From NCBI GenBank assembly GCA_964579645.1, contig CAZOHL010000003.1, positions 1,375-65,374 of the forward strand: DNA of 64,000 nt. Direction: 5' to 3'. Both the position numbers and the translations under genes were made by a program. Below the pieces are notes generated by a model. It searched no databases. It was given only the letters and a program-made list of their open reading frames with translations, and was not told where the DNA came from. Below, piece by piece: positions 1 through 8,241 of this stretch (within the stretch, counting starts at the first letter, position 1; each line of letters opens with the position of its first letter). The stretch is from an uncultured Rikenella sp. GTDB taxonomy: Bacteria > Bacteroidota > Bacteroidia > Bacteroidales > VadinHA17.

Positions 1-495
1 ACCAAGAATTCCCATCGCGGGTCTGTCAATATGAGCCGGGATAAAAAGACCACCACGGCTGTGCGCTGCTGATTCAACCTCATCGATTGAGGCATTCAGG
101 GCAGCAGGAAGGAAGAAGTCCACCTCACGTATTATGTTCTCATCCATATCAATCACAACCTGGTCACCGAAGATATCAGGGTTGTGGGGCATGTGAGCGC
201 AACGGCTGTCAATCCATTCCTGGAAAGAGAGGGTTGAAGCCTCGTCGGGGAGGATTACAAGTGAGTGGACATCCTCGGCGCTTGTTACCTCTGCAGCCCT
301 GAGAACTGTTATGCCGGCCTCGCGGCCGAGGGCCACTGCCAGTTCACAGTGGTAAGTACTGTTGTGGTCAGAGACTGCTATCATATCAAGCCCCCTTTTA
401 ATTGCACGTGCAATTATTTCACGGGGGCTCATTTCAAGTGAGCCGCACGGTGACAGGAGGGAATGAATATGCAGATCAGCCCTGAAAGGTCTCAT
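1..495 (-). CDS. PHP-domain metal-dependent phosphoesterase (C-terminal part lies outside the window)
   Basis: My own minus-strand translation from the ATG at 495..493 gives MRPFRADLHIHSLLSPCGSLEMSPREIIARAIKRGLDMIAVSDHNS...GGLFIPAHIDRP. The HxH, DH and AH metal-ligand motifs are typical of PHP domains. It is absent from the ORF track because there is no stop codon in the window. It starts 3 nt after the stop of the upstream gene. Confidence 0.7.
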   Translation of the reverse strand, partial: MRPFRADLHIHSLLSPCGSLEMSPREIIARAIKRGLDMIAVSDHNSTYHCELAVALGREAGITVLRAAEVTSAEDVHSLVILPDEASTLSFQEWIDSRCAHMPHNPDIFGDQVVIDMDENIIREVDFFLPAALNASIDEVESAAHSRGGLFIPAHIDRPAMGILG

Positions 496-497
496 TG

Positions 498-839
498 TCA
501 GTTTATCAGTGAATATAGTCTGCCTGCAACCGCGAAGGTGGAAAGTTCTGTTCCCAGTACCGGGATCCCCTCCTCGTTACTCTGGGCCATTGTATCGTCA
601 CCGGGTTTCTCACCGCAGGTGATTAATACAGCCGAAATATCTCTCAGTGATGCAATTGCCATGACGTTACGATGGGTCTGAATCGTGATCCAGACGGATC
701 CGGATTCGGCATGCCCCATCACATCACTGAGCAGGTCGGAGGCATAGCCGCTTGTGATCTCCCTTCCCAGGCCTTCATGTCCTGAGAATACTTTCAGCCC
801 GAGTTTTTCAACGATTTCAGTTACTTTCATTTTCAGCAC
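498..839 (-). CDS. DRTGG-domain small protein
   Basis: 113 aa. The pattern KVTEIVEKLGLKV...GYASDLLSDVM...WITIQTH.NV.AIA...GIPVL...FAVAGRLY matches my recollection of stand-alone DRTGG proteins. It is a paralog of 2654..3016 (ASDLLSDV versus ASDLMSDV). It overlaps the upstream gene, so the start may be 830. Confidence 0.6.
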   Translation of the reverse strand: MLKMKVTEIVEKLGLKVFSGHEGLGREITSGYASDLLSDVMGHAESGSVWITIQTHRNVMAIASLRDISAVLITCGEKPGDDTMAQSNEEGIPVLGTELSTFAVAGRLYSLIN

Positions 840-2226
840 CTTTTTTATTGCAGTTTTTAGTGAAATTATTTTCGCCCCAGATTCTTCTCATAATACCGGC
901 AGCCCTTTCAGGATCCATCAGTTCCTTTTCGAGGTTATTTTCCCGGATGAATACGCACTGGGAGATGTCTCCGCGATGGCGGACTATATCTTCAGCCAGG
1001 GCCTGGCATGAGGGAGCGCCGCATAATCCGCAGTCGGTCCCCGGAAGCCAGCACATAATGCGCCGTGACCTTTTCATCATGTTCATGGCCTCGTCACGGT
1101 CACCTGAGAGGCGGTACATTGACCGGGGCTTTATTTCTTCGGTGATTCTCACCTTATTCATGAGGTAATCACTGTATGATTCGATATCAGGAAATTCTTC
1201 GGTTTCAGGAGAGGCTGTGCCAGGCTTCAGATTACGGGCCTTATTGCGCAGCCGTTCGGCGACGAGGAAACGGTTTGACGAAAGCAGAACGCCGCCGGCA
1301 CAACCCTCGTCGCATGCTCTCAGTTCAAGATAATCGACACCGGTGATCTCGTCGTTCTCAAGCTGTTCGAGGAATTCGGTCACATTGTTCATTCCGTCGA
1401 TCGCAAGGGTGCGTCCGTTGACACAAGATGCCTCTCCGTTTGTAAGGCTCCATACGAGAGTGTCAGGGTCAACTGAATAGGCATGGTCGTCGCCATACTT
1501 AAGCTCGCCCTTGTTTCTCAGTGTGCGGTTTATCTTGTTGTAGATGAAGTCCATGTTGATTACGCCGGTGATTGGTGTTGATTCTTCTCCGACCGGTGAC
1601 TTGACGGCAGCGATTTTGGCTGCACATGGGGTTACGTAGAACACGCCGATCTCTGCGTTATGGGCGCCCCTGTCACGCAGAACGCGGCGGCAGTAGAAAG
1701 CGGCCATTTCAAGCGGTGCTTTTACTGTGGCAAGATTTCTGATCAGTGCGGGAAAACGTACCTGTATCAGGCGCACTATGGCCGGGCAATAGCTGGAGAT
1801 AAGAGGGCGGGGGAGGGTTCTGACGTTCATGAGGTCATCAATGGCAGGCTTAAGTATCTCCGCCCCGTGTTCAACCTCGTAGACCCATGTGAATCCCAGG
1901 CTTTTAAGTACTGCGCTTATCTCCGACATGGATACCTCGTGCCTGAACTGACCGTGAAGCACTGCGGGCACAAGGGCCACCCGGTGCTTGTAGTCGAAAA
2001 TACGGCTGAAGTCGTCCTGCTCGATAATAATTGCATGCACCGGGCAGCTTCTGAAGCACTCTCCGCAGTCGACGCACCGGTCTTCGATAAGCTTTGCCTT
2101 GCCGTCACGTATGCGTAATGCCTCGGTAGGACAAACCCTCATGCAGAGGGAACAACCGGTGCATATATCCTCACGGATTGTGAGAGCGTGGTGAAAGAAC
2201 CCTTTTTCCATTTTTTCAGACAGCAA
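817..2226 (-). CDS. [FeFe]-hydrogenase-like iron-sulfur protein (2x 4Fe-4S ferredoxin + Fe-hydrogenase large-subunit C domain + C-terminal FeS domain)
   Basis: The N-terminus has CTGCSLCMRVCP and CVDCGECFRSCP. H-cluster-like motifs are SSYCP, TPCAAK and ELRACDEGCAGG. The C-terminus has CWLPGTDCGLCGAPSC, an RnfB/CdhD-type putative Fe-S domain. Confidence 0.75.
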   Translation of the reverse strand: MLSEKMEKGFFHHALTIREDICTGCSLCMRVCPTEALRIRDGKAKLIEDRCVDCGECFRSCPVHAIIIEQDDFSRIFDYKHRVALVPAVLHGQFRHEVSMSEISAVLKSLGFTWVYEVEHGAEILKPAIDDLMNVRTLPRPLISSYCPAIVRLIQVRFPALIRNLATVKAPLEMAAFYCRRVLRDRGAHNAEIGVFYVTPCAAKIAAVKSPVGEESTPITGVINMDFIYNKINRTLRNKGELKYGDDHAYSVDPDTLVWSLTNGEASCVNGRTLAIDGMNNVTEFLEQLENDEITGVDYLELRACDEGCAGGVLLSSNRFLVAERLRNKARNLKPGTASPETEEFPDIESYSDYLMNKVRITEEIKPRSMYRLSGDRDEAMNMMKRSRRIMCWLPGTDCGLCGAPSCQALAEDIVRHRGDISQCVFIRENNLEKELMDPERAAGIMRRIWGENNFTKNCNKKGAENESN

Positions 2227-2647
2227 TGCTGTTAAGGTTAATCGTTATCTCAAGTGAAGTGCCTTTGCCCGGCTGGCTGGTTATGAGAAACCTGTCAGCA
2301 TTTGCACTTATATTGGGCAGTCCCATCCCTGCTCCGAATCCCATCTCCCTGACTTCGGGCGATGCGGTTGAATAGCCTTTCTGCATCGCCTGCTCAATGT
2401 CGGCAATGCCAGGCCCGTTGTCAGTGAGCTTCATGAAGATTGAGTCAGTGTCAAGCACGATGCTTATGATACCGTCCCAGGCATGAGCCACAATGTTTAC
2501 CTCGGCCTCGTAGAGGCAGACCACCACCCTCTTGATTACAGTATTGTCTACGCCGAGCTGCTTAAGCATCTTCTTGACCTGACTTGATGCATAGCCGGCA
2601 TGAGTGAAGTCACCTCCCTGTACCTTATATTCGAAGGTCATTGCCAC
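2216..2647 (-). CDS. GHKL/HATPase-type ATP-binding protein, anti-sigma-factor (RsbW/SpoIIAB)-like Ser kinase
   Basis: 143 aa. It has an N-box-like EAEVNIVAHA, a G1 box DNGPGI and a G2 box GFGAGMGL. Its size and motif order match single-domain HATPase_c_2 kinases. Confidence 0.6.
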   Translation of the reverse strand: MAMTFEYKVQGGDFTHAGYASSQVKKMLKQLGVDNTVIKRVVVCLYEAEVNIVAHAWDGIISIVLDTDSIFMKLTDNGPGIADIEQAMQKGYSTASPEVREMGFGAGMGLPNISANADRFLITSQPGKGTSLEITINLNSIAV

Positions 2648-2653
2648 GGCTGA

Positions 2654-3016
2654 TCAGAAAAGAGGTTTGATACCTGCCTTGTACAATTCACCCGAAGCCC
2701 TGAACATTGTAAGAGGGCATGTAATGAGAGTCATACCGAGCTCGTCGGCAAGATTTTTCATTTCCGGAGTAACAGACTTGTTACGCACAAACAGAATACA
2801 CTCAATATCCGACATCTCTGCCGTACGTATGGTCTGCATATTTGCCAGTCCGGTAATCAGAAGCAGGCTGTTACAGTTAACAGTCAGGACGTCACTCATC
2901 AGGTCAGAGGCAAAAGCGTGAGTTACCTCCCTGTATGCCTTGTCTTCTCCACAAACCATCGTTCCGTTCAATGCTGAACAAATTTCTTCAAGTTTCATTT
3001 TTCCGATGTTTCCCAT
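2654..3016 (-). CDS. DRTGG-domain small protein (first gene of the operon)
   Basis: The ORF-track start at 3022 is GTG. The ATG at 3016 gives MGNIGKMKLEEICSALNG...FASDLMSDVL...LLITGLANMQTIRTAEM. It is a paralog of 498..839. Confidence 0.6.
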   Translation of the reverse strand: MGNIGKMKLEEICSALNGTMVCGEDKAYREVTHAFASDLMSDVLTVNCNSLLLITGLANMQTIRTAEMSDIECILFVRNKSVTPEMKNLADELGMTLITCPLTMFRASGELYKAGIKPLF

Positions 3017-3041
3017 GTACACAATTTATAATAGGGCAGTG

Positions 3042-3049
3042 CAAAGATA
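3042..3049 (-). promoter_or_regulatory. Candidate Bacteroidota -7 promoter box (TATCTTTG on minus strand, TAnnTTTG consensus)
   Basis: The plus strand reads CAAAGATA at 3042..3049. This lies 26-33 nt upstream of the ATG at 3016 in an AT-rich intergenic region. Confidence 0.4.
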
Positions 3050-3058
3050 GAAAATATT

Positions 3059-3074
3059 TGTGAAAATATTCACA
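3059..3074. promoter_or_regulatory. Perfect TGTGA-N6-TCACA palindrome (CRP/FNR-family operator consensus)
   Basis: The sequence is TGTGAAAATATTCACA. It sits directly upstream of, and partly within, the putative promoter of the hydrogenase-like operon. Confidence 0.5.
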
Positions 3075-3146
3075 GTGTGAATAAAATAACAATAAAATTC
3101 ATTATCAGGTAATATTGAATTACTTATATTATTGTTAATGAATATT

Positions 3147-4775
3147 TTATCTTATGCCCGCAAATTCAGAGCCAGGCTTCCAATCAGGTCTGATATCGTC
3201 TGTCACGATCGTAAAGGCCACATCCAGGACAGCCCTGGCGTCTTCAGCTATACCGTCAAAGTTCATTTCGGGATAAAAGTTGTCGGCAGGTTTATGATAC
3301 CTTTTCGTGATGTAGTCTTTTTCCTGTGCGGCAGCCCATTCCCTGCCATGCTCTCTGCTGTCGCAGTTGCCGCGGGCGAAAAGGGCAGGCACGCCGGCAC
3401 GTGCAAACGGAAAATGGTCAGACCGGAAGTACATTCCGCTTTCAGGATTGGGATCAGGCAGTATGTACCTGTCCTGCTTCCGGGCTGCATCAGCCAGAAG
3501 ATCATCGAGTTCGGACTGGCCGTAGCCTGTCACCATAATATCTTTCATCCTTCCCAGTGGAAGGAGGAGGTCATTGTTGAAGCATGCAATCAGGTTTTCA
3601 GGCGCAACAGGCAGATTTGATACAAACCATGAAGATCCAAGCAAGCCCTGTTCCTCAGCCGTGGGGAAGAAAAGTATCACGGATCTTTCAGGTCTTTTCT
3701 TCATAGACGAAAAAGCTTCGCCAATCTCAAGTGCCCAAGCCATTGATGTGCCGTTGTCTACGGCACCGTTGTAAATTGAATCACCGTTTTCCGTCTCTCC
3801 GATGCCAAAGTGATCCCAATGGGCCGAGATTACTATTGCTTCTTCAGGGCGGCTTGTGCCCCTGAGTATTCCGGCCACGTTCATCGAGCTGTTCCTGACG
3901 TGGATGTTGGTGAGGCGCACGGAGATTGAAGAAGACATTTCAAAGCTTCTGAAGCTTCTGAGGCAGGCATCACTGCGCAGCCTGACAGGGTCATATCCCA
4001 GTGCCCCGAAAAGTTCTGCTGCAGCCCCGGCACTGAGCCAGCCGGTTACAGGACATGGTTCAGGTTCGCCGCTGACAGGCTCCCTGTAATGTCCCGGAGA
4101 TAATGCACTTTTGCGTGGTATTGAGAAATCATAGCCTGCACCGGCAGTCTCGTGGATGATCAGAATTGCCGTTGCCCCCTGCCTGGCAGCTTCCTCGTAC
4201 TTGTATGTCCACCTGCCGTAATATGTCATTGTCCTTCCCTTGAAGAGGGTAGAGTCACCGGTATAGAGTCCGGGGTCATTCACCAGTACGACAGCGCATT
4301 TTCCTCTTACATCAACTGCCGCGAAATCATTCCAGCCATATTCCGGGGCCACGATGCCGAAGCCGCAGAAGACCATCGGTATTTCAACGAGCTCAACATA
4401 TTCCTTCATTGACGGAGATTCCAATGCGATTTCGTCCGGAGCAGAAAACTCAAGTTTCCTGCCGGAGGCATTGATAACGGCCGGTCCTTGCACGCTTGTC
4501 GTTATCTCAACCATCGGAACTTCCTGGAACCAGCTGTCGCCGAAAGCGGGGGCGAATCCTATTCTATCGAGCTCTCCGGCGAGATAGTTTATTGTAATCG
4601 TCTCACCAGGGGTAAAGGGTTTGCGTCCCATCATGCTGTCAGCTCCCAGTATCCGGGTATATTCCCGCAGTTCCCGGGCTGTGATTGTGGCGGAGACTTT
4701 TTCAAGTGAGCGGTTTTCCGAACACGATGCTGCAGCCAGGGCTACAAGGGTAAGGGAGACGATGAGATTTCTCAT
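3147..4775 (-). CDS. M28-family aminopeptidase with PA domain, lipoprotein
   Basis: The signal is MRNLIVSLTLVALAAASC. Zinc-ligand region motifs are SAHWDHFG, GAVDNGTSMAWALE and EEQGLLGS. Confidence 0.8.
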   Translation of the reverse strand: MRNLIVSLTLVALAAASCSENRSLEKVSATITARELREYTRILGADSMMGRKPFTPGETITINYLAGELDRIGFAPAFGDSWFQEVPMVEITTSVQGPAVINASGRKLEFSAPDEIALESPSMKEYVELVEIPMVFCGFGIVAPEYGWNDFAAVDVRGKCAVVLVNDPGLYTGDSTLFKGRTMTYYGRWTYKYEEAARQGATAILIIHETAGAGYDFSIPRKSALSPGHYREPVSGEPEPCPVTGWLSAGAAAELFGALGYDPVRLRSDACLRSFRSFEMSSSISVRLTNIHVRNSSMNVAGILRGTSRPEEAIVISAHWDHFGIGETENGDSIYNGAVDNGTSMAWALEIGEAFSSMKKRPERSVILFFPTAEEQGLLGSSWFVSNLPVAPENLIACFNNDLLLPLGRMKDIMVTGYGQSELDDLLADAARKQDRYILPDPNPESGMYFRSDHFPFARAGVPALFARGNCDSREHGREWAAAQEKDYITKRYHKPADNFYPEMNFDGIAEDARAVLDVAFTIVTDDIRPDWKPGSEFAGIR

Positions 4776-6040
4776 TTGATAGATTCGTTTGCTGAAGTAA
4801 CCAGGTTTATTATCACTTCCACGGCTTTTTCCATTGACTGAAGCGGTATAAATTCAAACCGCCCGTGATAGTTATGTCCGCCTGTGAAGAGGTTGGGGCA
4901 GGGCAGACCCATGAATGACAGCCGGGCACCGTCGGTGCCGCCTCTGACTGGTTTGATAACTGGCTCTATTCCGGCCTTTCGGTAGGCTTCGACAGCAGCC
5001 TCGATAATATAATAATTGGCTTCGATAATCTCCTTCATATTGAAGTACTGGTCGCGCATGTTTATATTCACCTCAGCGCCGTGGTATCGTTTCAGTATGG
5101 TTTCCGCAGCTTCTTCCAGTATTTTTTTCCGACGGGCAAATATCACAGGATCATGATCCCTGACTATGTACTTCAAGACAGTTTCCTCTACAGATCCCCT
5201 GATGTCATACAGGTGGAAGAATCCCTCGTAACCGGCCGTATGTTCCGGTCTCTCATATTGTGGAAGGAGGCTGTCGAAGGCACCGGCCACCATAATTGAG
5301 TTGATCATTGTATCCTTCGCCGTTCCCGGGTGCACACTTCGTCCCCTGACTGTAACCGTGGCAGCGGCCGCGTTGAAATTTTCATACTCAAGCTCTCCTA
5401 TGCCTCCCCCGTCAAGGGTATAGGCATAATCGGCACCGAATCTTTTAATGTCGAAATTATCAGCACCTCTTCCGATCTCCTCGTCGGGTGTGAAAGCTAT
5501 CCTTACTTTTCCGTGTCTGAGTGACGGATTTGAAATCAGATACTCGCATGCAGTTATAATCTCAGCGATGCCTGCCTTGTCATCAGCGCCGAGCAGAGTG
5601 GTTCCGTCAGTGGTTATCAGTGTCTGTCCGGCGTATTTTTTCAGTTCCGGGAACTCGGCGGGCGAAAGGATTACTTTGCGTTCCGGGTTCAGCAGAAGAT
5701 CTTTACCGTCATAGCCGGGATGCACCTGGGGTTTAATTTCAGATGAAGGGGCTTCCGGACTGGTATCCATATGGGCGATGAATCCTATTACTGTACCCTG
5801 GGTGCCATTGTTTGCCGGCAGTGTTGCCATAAGGTACCCGTTACCATCGAGGGTTACCTCTGACAACCCTATCTTTTCCAGCTCATCAGCCAGGCGGCCG
5901 GCAAAAATCATCTGGTTTACGGATGAAGGTGAGGAGGTGTTTGAATCATCGGGTCTTGTCTCAAACCTGACATATCCCAGGAATCTTTCAAGAAGGCTCT
6001 GCATCTGCGGCAAATTGGTTAAACAGATAAATGTAGTCAT
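4772..6040 (-). CDS. pepT: Peptidase T (tripeptide aminopeptidase, M20B)
   Basis: Motifs are LLERFLGYVRFET, FIAHMDTSPE, GADDKAGIAEI, FTPDEEIG and GGTDGA. The true start is probably the internal Met at 6004 (MQSLLERF). Confidence 0.85.
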   Translation of the reverse strand: MTTFICLTNLPQMQSLLERFLGYVRFETRPDDSNTSSPSSVNQMIFAGRLADELEKIGLSEVTLDGNGYLMATLPANNGTQGTVIGFIAHMDTSPEAPSSEIKPQVHPGYDGKDLLLNPERKVILSPAEFPELKKYAGQTLITTDGTTLLGADDKAGIAEIITACEYLISNPSLRHGKVRIAFTPDEEIGRGADNFDIKRFGADYAYTLDGGGIGELEYENFNAAAATVTVRGRSVHPGTAKDTMINSIMVAGAFDSLLPQYERPEHTAGYEGFFHLYDIRGSVEETVLKYIVRDHDPVIFARRKKILEEAAETILKRYHGAEVNINMRDQYFNMKEIIEANYYIIEAAVEAYRKAGIEPVIKPVRGGTDGARLSFMGLPCPNLFTGGHNYHGRFEFIPLQSMEKAVEVIINLVTSANESIK

Positions 6041-6126
6041 TTAATCCGAAGGAACAGCATGCAGTGGCCGCGTTCAGCGAGGTTATCATGTGCCGTTTCT
6101 TCAGGGAACCAAAAACAAAAGATATT

Positions 6127-6810
6127 TCAAATATGGAACAGGCGGCCGAGGCTTCTGCCTCTTTTCATCCTGTAATGTATGAAGATAAAGAACATGGCGA
6201 TAATCACCAGTGAGGCTGCAGTTATTACTGACCATTGCGGTCTGTAGGCCGTGGAGACAATTCGGTCTGTGAGGTATTCGGTGATGAGTGCGAAGATTGC
6301 CAGGGCGACAAGCATTGTCGCAAGCAGGTTCAATCCCCTGTACCTGCTCAGTGAATTCAGGAAGAGGACAGCTGCTGTCAGCAGGGCGGCAGCGACGGTC
6401 AGAGGGCTTGCAATTGAACGGAACCAGCCTGTGTGGCCGGTGAGCAGGTCAAGGAGCCACAGGAAGACAAGGGTTGCCACAGTGGCCAGCGTGATGACGA
6501 GGTATGGTCTGCGCCTGAGCAGGTAGATTGCAGAAATGAACACGATGAGGTAGCCTATGCAGGTGGTTGTCATCAGAGACCAGTTTATACCTCTTTTAAG
6601 GACTGCGTCGATTGCCAGGGTAATAATCACTCCCGCGACAAGGAGCAGCATTGTTATCTCATACAGGTGCCGTGTGTTCTCAATCCTTGAGAGTCTGAAA
6701 AGGTCAGCAGCGGTGACGATCCTGTCCGACCGGCTGTCAGAGGGTTCGCAGAGAGGGCACTTCTCGTTGCCTTCACCCAGGTCAACCCCGCAGTTTTTGC
6801 ATATTGCCAT
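6127..6810 (-). CDS. Zinc-ribbon N-terminal, multi-pass membrane protein of unknown function
   Basis: The N-terminal ribbon is MAICKNCGVDLGEGNEKCPLCE (CxxC-x10-CxxC). About 5-6 hydrophobic helices follow. Confidence 0.5.
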   Translation of the reverse strand: MAICKNCGVDLGEGNEKCPLCEPSDSRSDRIVTAADLFRLSRIENTRHLYEITMLLLVAGVIITLAIDAVLKRGINWSLMTTTCIGYLIVFISAIYLLRRRPYLVITLATVATLVFLWLLDLLTGHTGWFRSIASPLTVAAALLTAAVLFLNSLSRYRGLNLLATMLVALAIFALITEYLTDRIVSTAYRPQWSVITAASLVIIAMFFIFIHYRMKRGRSLGRLFHI

Positions 6811-6817
6811 GGCTTTG

Positions 6818-8131
6818 TTACTGTTGGTTAGTCAGGATTCTTACCGGCAGCCCCTCTGAAGTGAGCCGCTGCACGAAATTTTTTTCAAGTTCAGTGTTTC
6901 CGGTGAGTGATCCGAATGTAATAATTGTCTCAACGCCCATTGATATAAGGCCGGCTGTAATTTTAATTTGCTTATGAGGGGGAGGAGGGGTGACTGACAT
7001 TGCCTTCATCAGTTGTGCAGCAGGGCCTGTCGGGGTTACCCTTCCCATATTTGTGACTATCGATGTGAACTGGCTTGGCCCGAAGCGGTTGTATGCAATC
7101 CGTAGCACCGGACTCTTGATGAAAAGTGGAATTATTCGAATAAGAGGATTCTTTTCCTTGGACACGTTTCTGCTGATGACCTGTTTGATTCTCTTTTCGT
7201 CAGTCATCATCTGCATTGTTATTTTCACTTCCCGCAGGATTTCGTCGAACGAGTAATGACCCATCCTTACATCAATTGCCGGCATGGCAAAGAGCGAAAA
7301 GTTGCGCAATGTCTCTGCTTCGTATCTCCTGCGGAGATCGAACGGTACCTGAACCCTGATGTGGGGCGAGCCACCGCCCAGCCTGGTTCTTATTTCCTGG
7401 AGCACGAAGAGCATTGTGGCAGCAAGGTATTCAGTTACGGAACTTCCCGCCTCCCTTGCAAGGAGCACCAGTTTCTCAGAAGGCACTCCCAGTTCAGTTA
7501 CCCTGAAGCGGGGTGTTTCCCGCAGACGGAAAGGCAGGTGCCATGCATGGGGAAGGACAGCGGGCTGTGGCATTCCTTTTCCATAATGCCTCGAGAAGAG
7601 ATCTTCGCTGCATCCGGGGCGCGGACCGTCCTTTACTTCGGGGAATGGCATCTCGGTAATGGCTTCTGCATACAGGAAATAATGGTTGAGCAATGTCTTG
7701 AGGAAGAAGATGCCGCCTCCGCCATCGGTCAGGATATGAAAAAACTCAACCGAGATGGTGTTGCCCCGGACAATGACACGGTATAGAAGCTCGCCGTTCA
7801 TGGTTCGCGGGAAAGGCTGGCAACGGGGACCGCTGTCAGGCATTACCCTTGGTGTTTTTCCGTTGTATTCGAGAAAATACCAGAAAAATCCCCTGCACAG
7901 CTCAACGCTGAAAAGCGGGAACAGCTTCGAAGCTTCTTCAGCCGCCTTTAGAAGCGCTGGCAATACAACCGGTGCGGTAAGGTGCACGCTGATCCTGAAC
8001 ACCCCGGTAAGTTCGGAACCTGTTATAGCCGGATATATCTTGGCTGCATTGTCAAGCTTCATCCATTCTCCCCGTCCGGAAATTTCTCCTTTTGAACCCA
8101 TTTTCCTCTTTTCCGCCGTAAAGATATACAT
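6818..8131 (-). CDS. HxxxDG acyltransferase-superfamily protein (condensation / alcohol acetyltransferase-like)
   Basis: It has FFHILTDGGGGIFF, the HxxxDG catalytic motif of CoA-dependent acyltransferases. The N-terminal WMKLDNAAKIYPA resembles proteins annotated as bacterial alcohol acetyltransferases. The start is ambiguous because there are several in-frame Met codons. Confidence 0.5.
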   Translation of the reverse strand: MYIFTAEKRKMGSKGEISGRGEWMKLDNAAKIYPAITGSELTGVFRISVHLTAPVVLPALLKAAEEASKLFPLFSVELCRGFFWYFLEYNGKTPRVMPDSGPRCQPFPRTMNGELLYRVIVRGNTISVEFFHILTDGGGGIFFLKTLLNHYFLYAEAITEMPFPEVKDGPRPGCSEDLFSRHYGKGMPQPAVLPHAWHLPFRLRETPRFRVTELGVPSEKLVLLAREAGSSVTEYLAATMLFVLQEIRTRLGGGSPHIRVQVPFDLRRRYEAETLRNFSLFAMPAIDVRMGHYSFDEILREVKITMQMMTDEKRIKQVISRNVSKEKNPLIRIIPLFIKSPVLRIAYNRFGPSQFTSIVTNMGRVTPTGPAAQLMKAMSVTPPPPHKQIKITAGLISMGVETIITFGSLTGNTELEKNFVQRLTSEGLPVRILTNQQ

Positions 8132-8241
8132 ATATGCACCCGATTGTCAATTGTGTTCTCCGGCATCTTCCGCTTCTGCGGCTTTTAAGTTTACTATATT
8201 TGTTAAATCAAGCGAATGACACAAACACAAATTCCGATACA

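Noticed and set aside
8134-8241. N-terminal extensions in the ORF track for DPP-IV (8134). The same applies to the S28/S37-like peptidase (12214), SusD (32530), PKD protein (34086), GH30 (38983), thrB (42655), anSME (44959) and arginine decarboxylase (25232).
   Set aside because: Each extension overlaps the preceding gene or uses a non-ATG start. Each is followed by an internal ATG that yields a canonical signal peptide, lipobox or family N-terminus, so the shorter starts were adopted.
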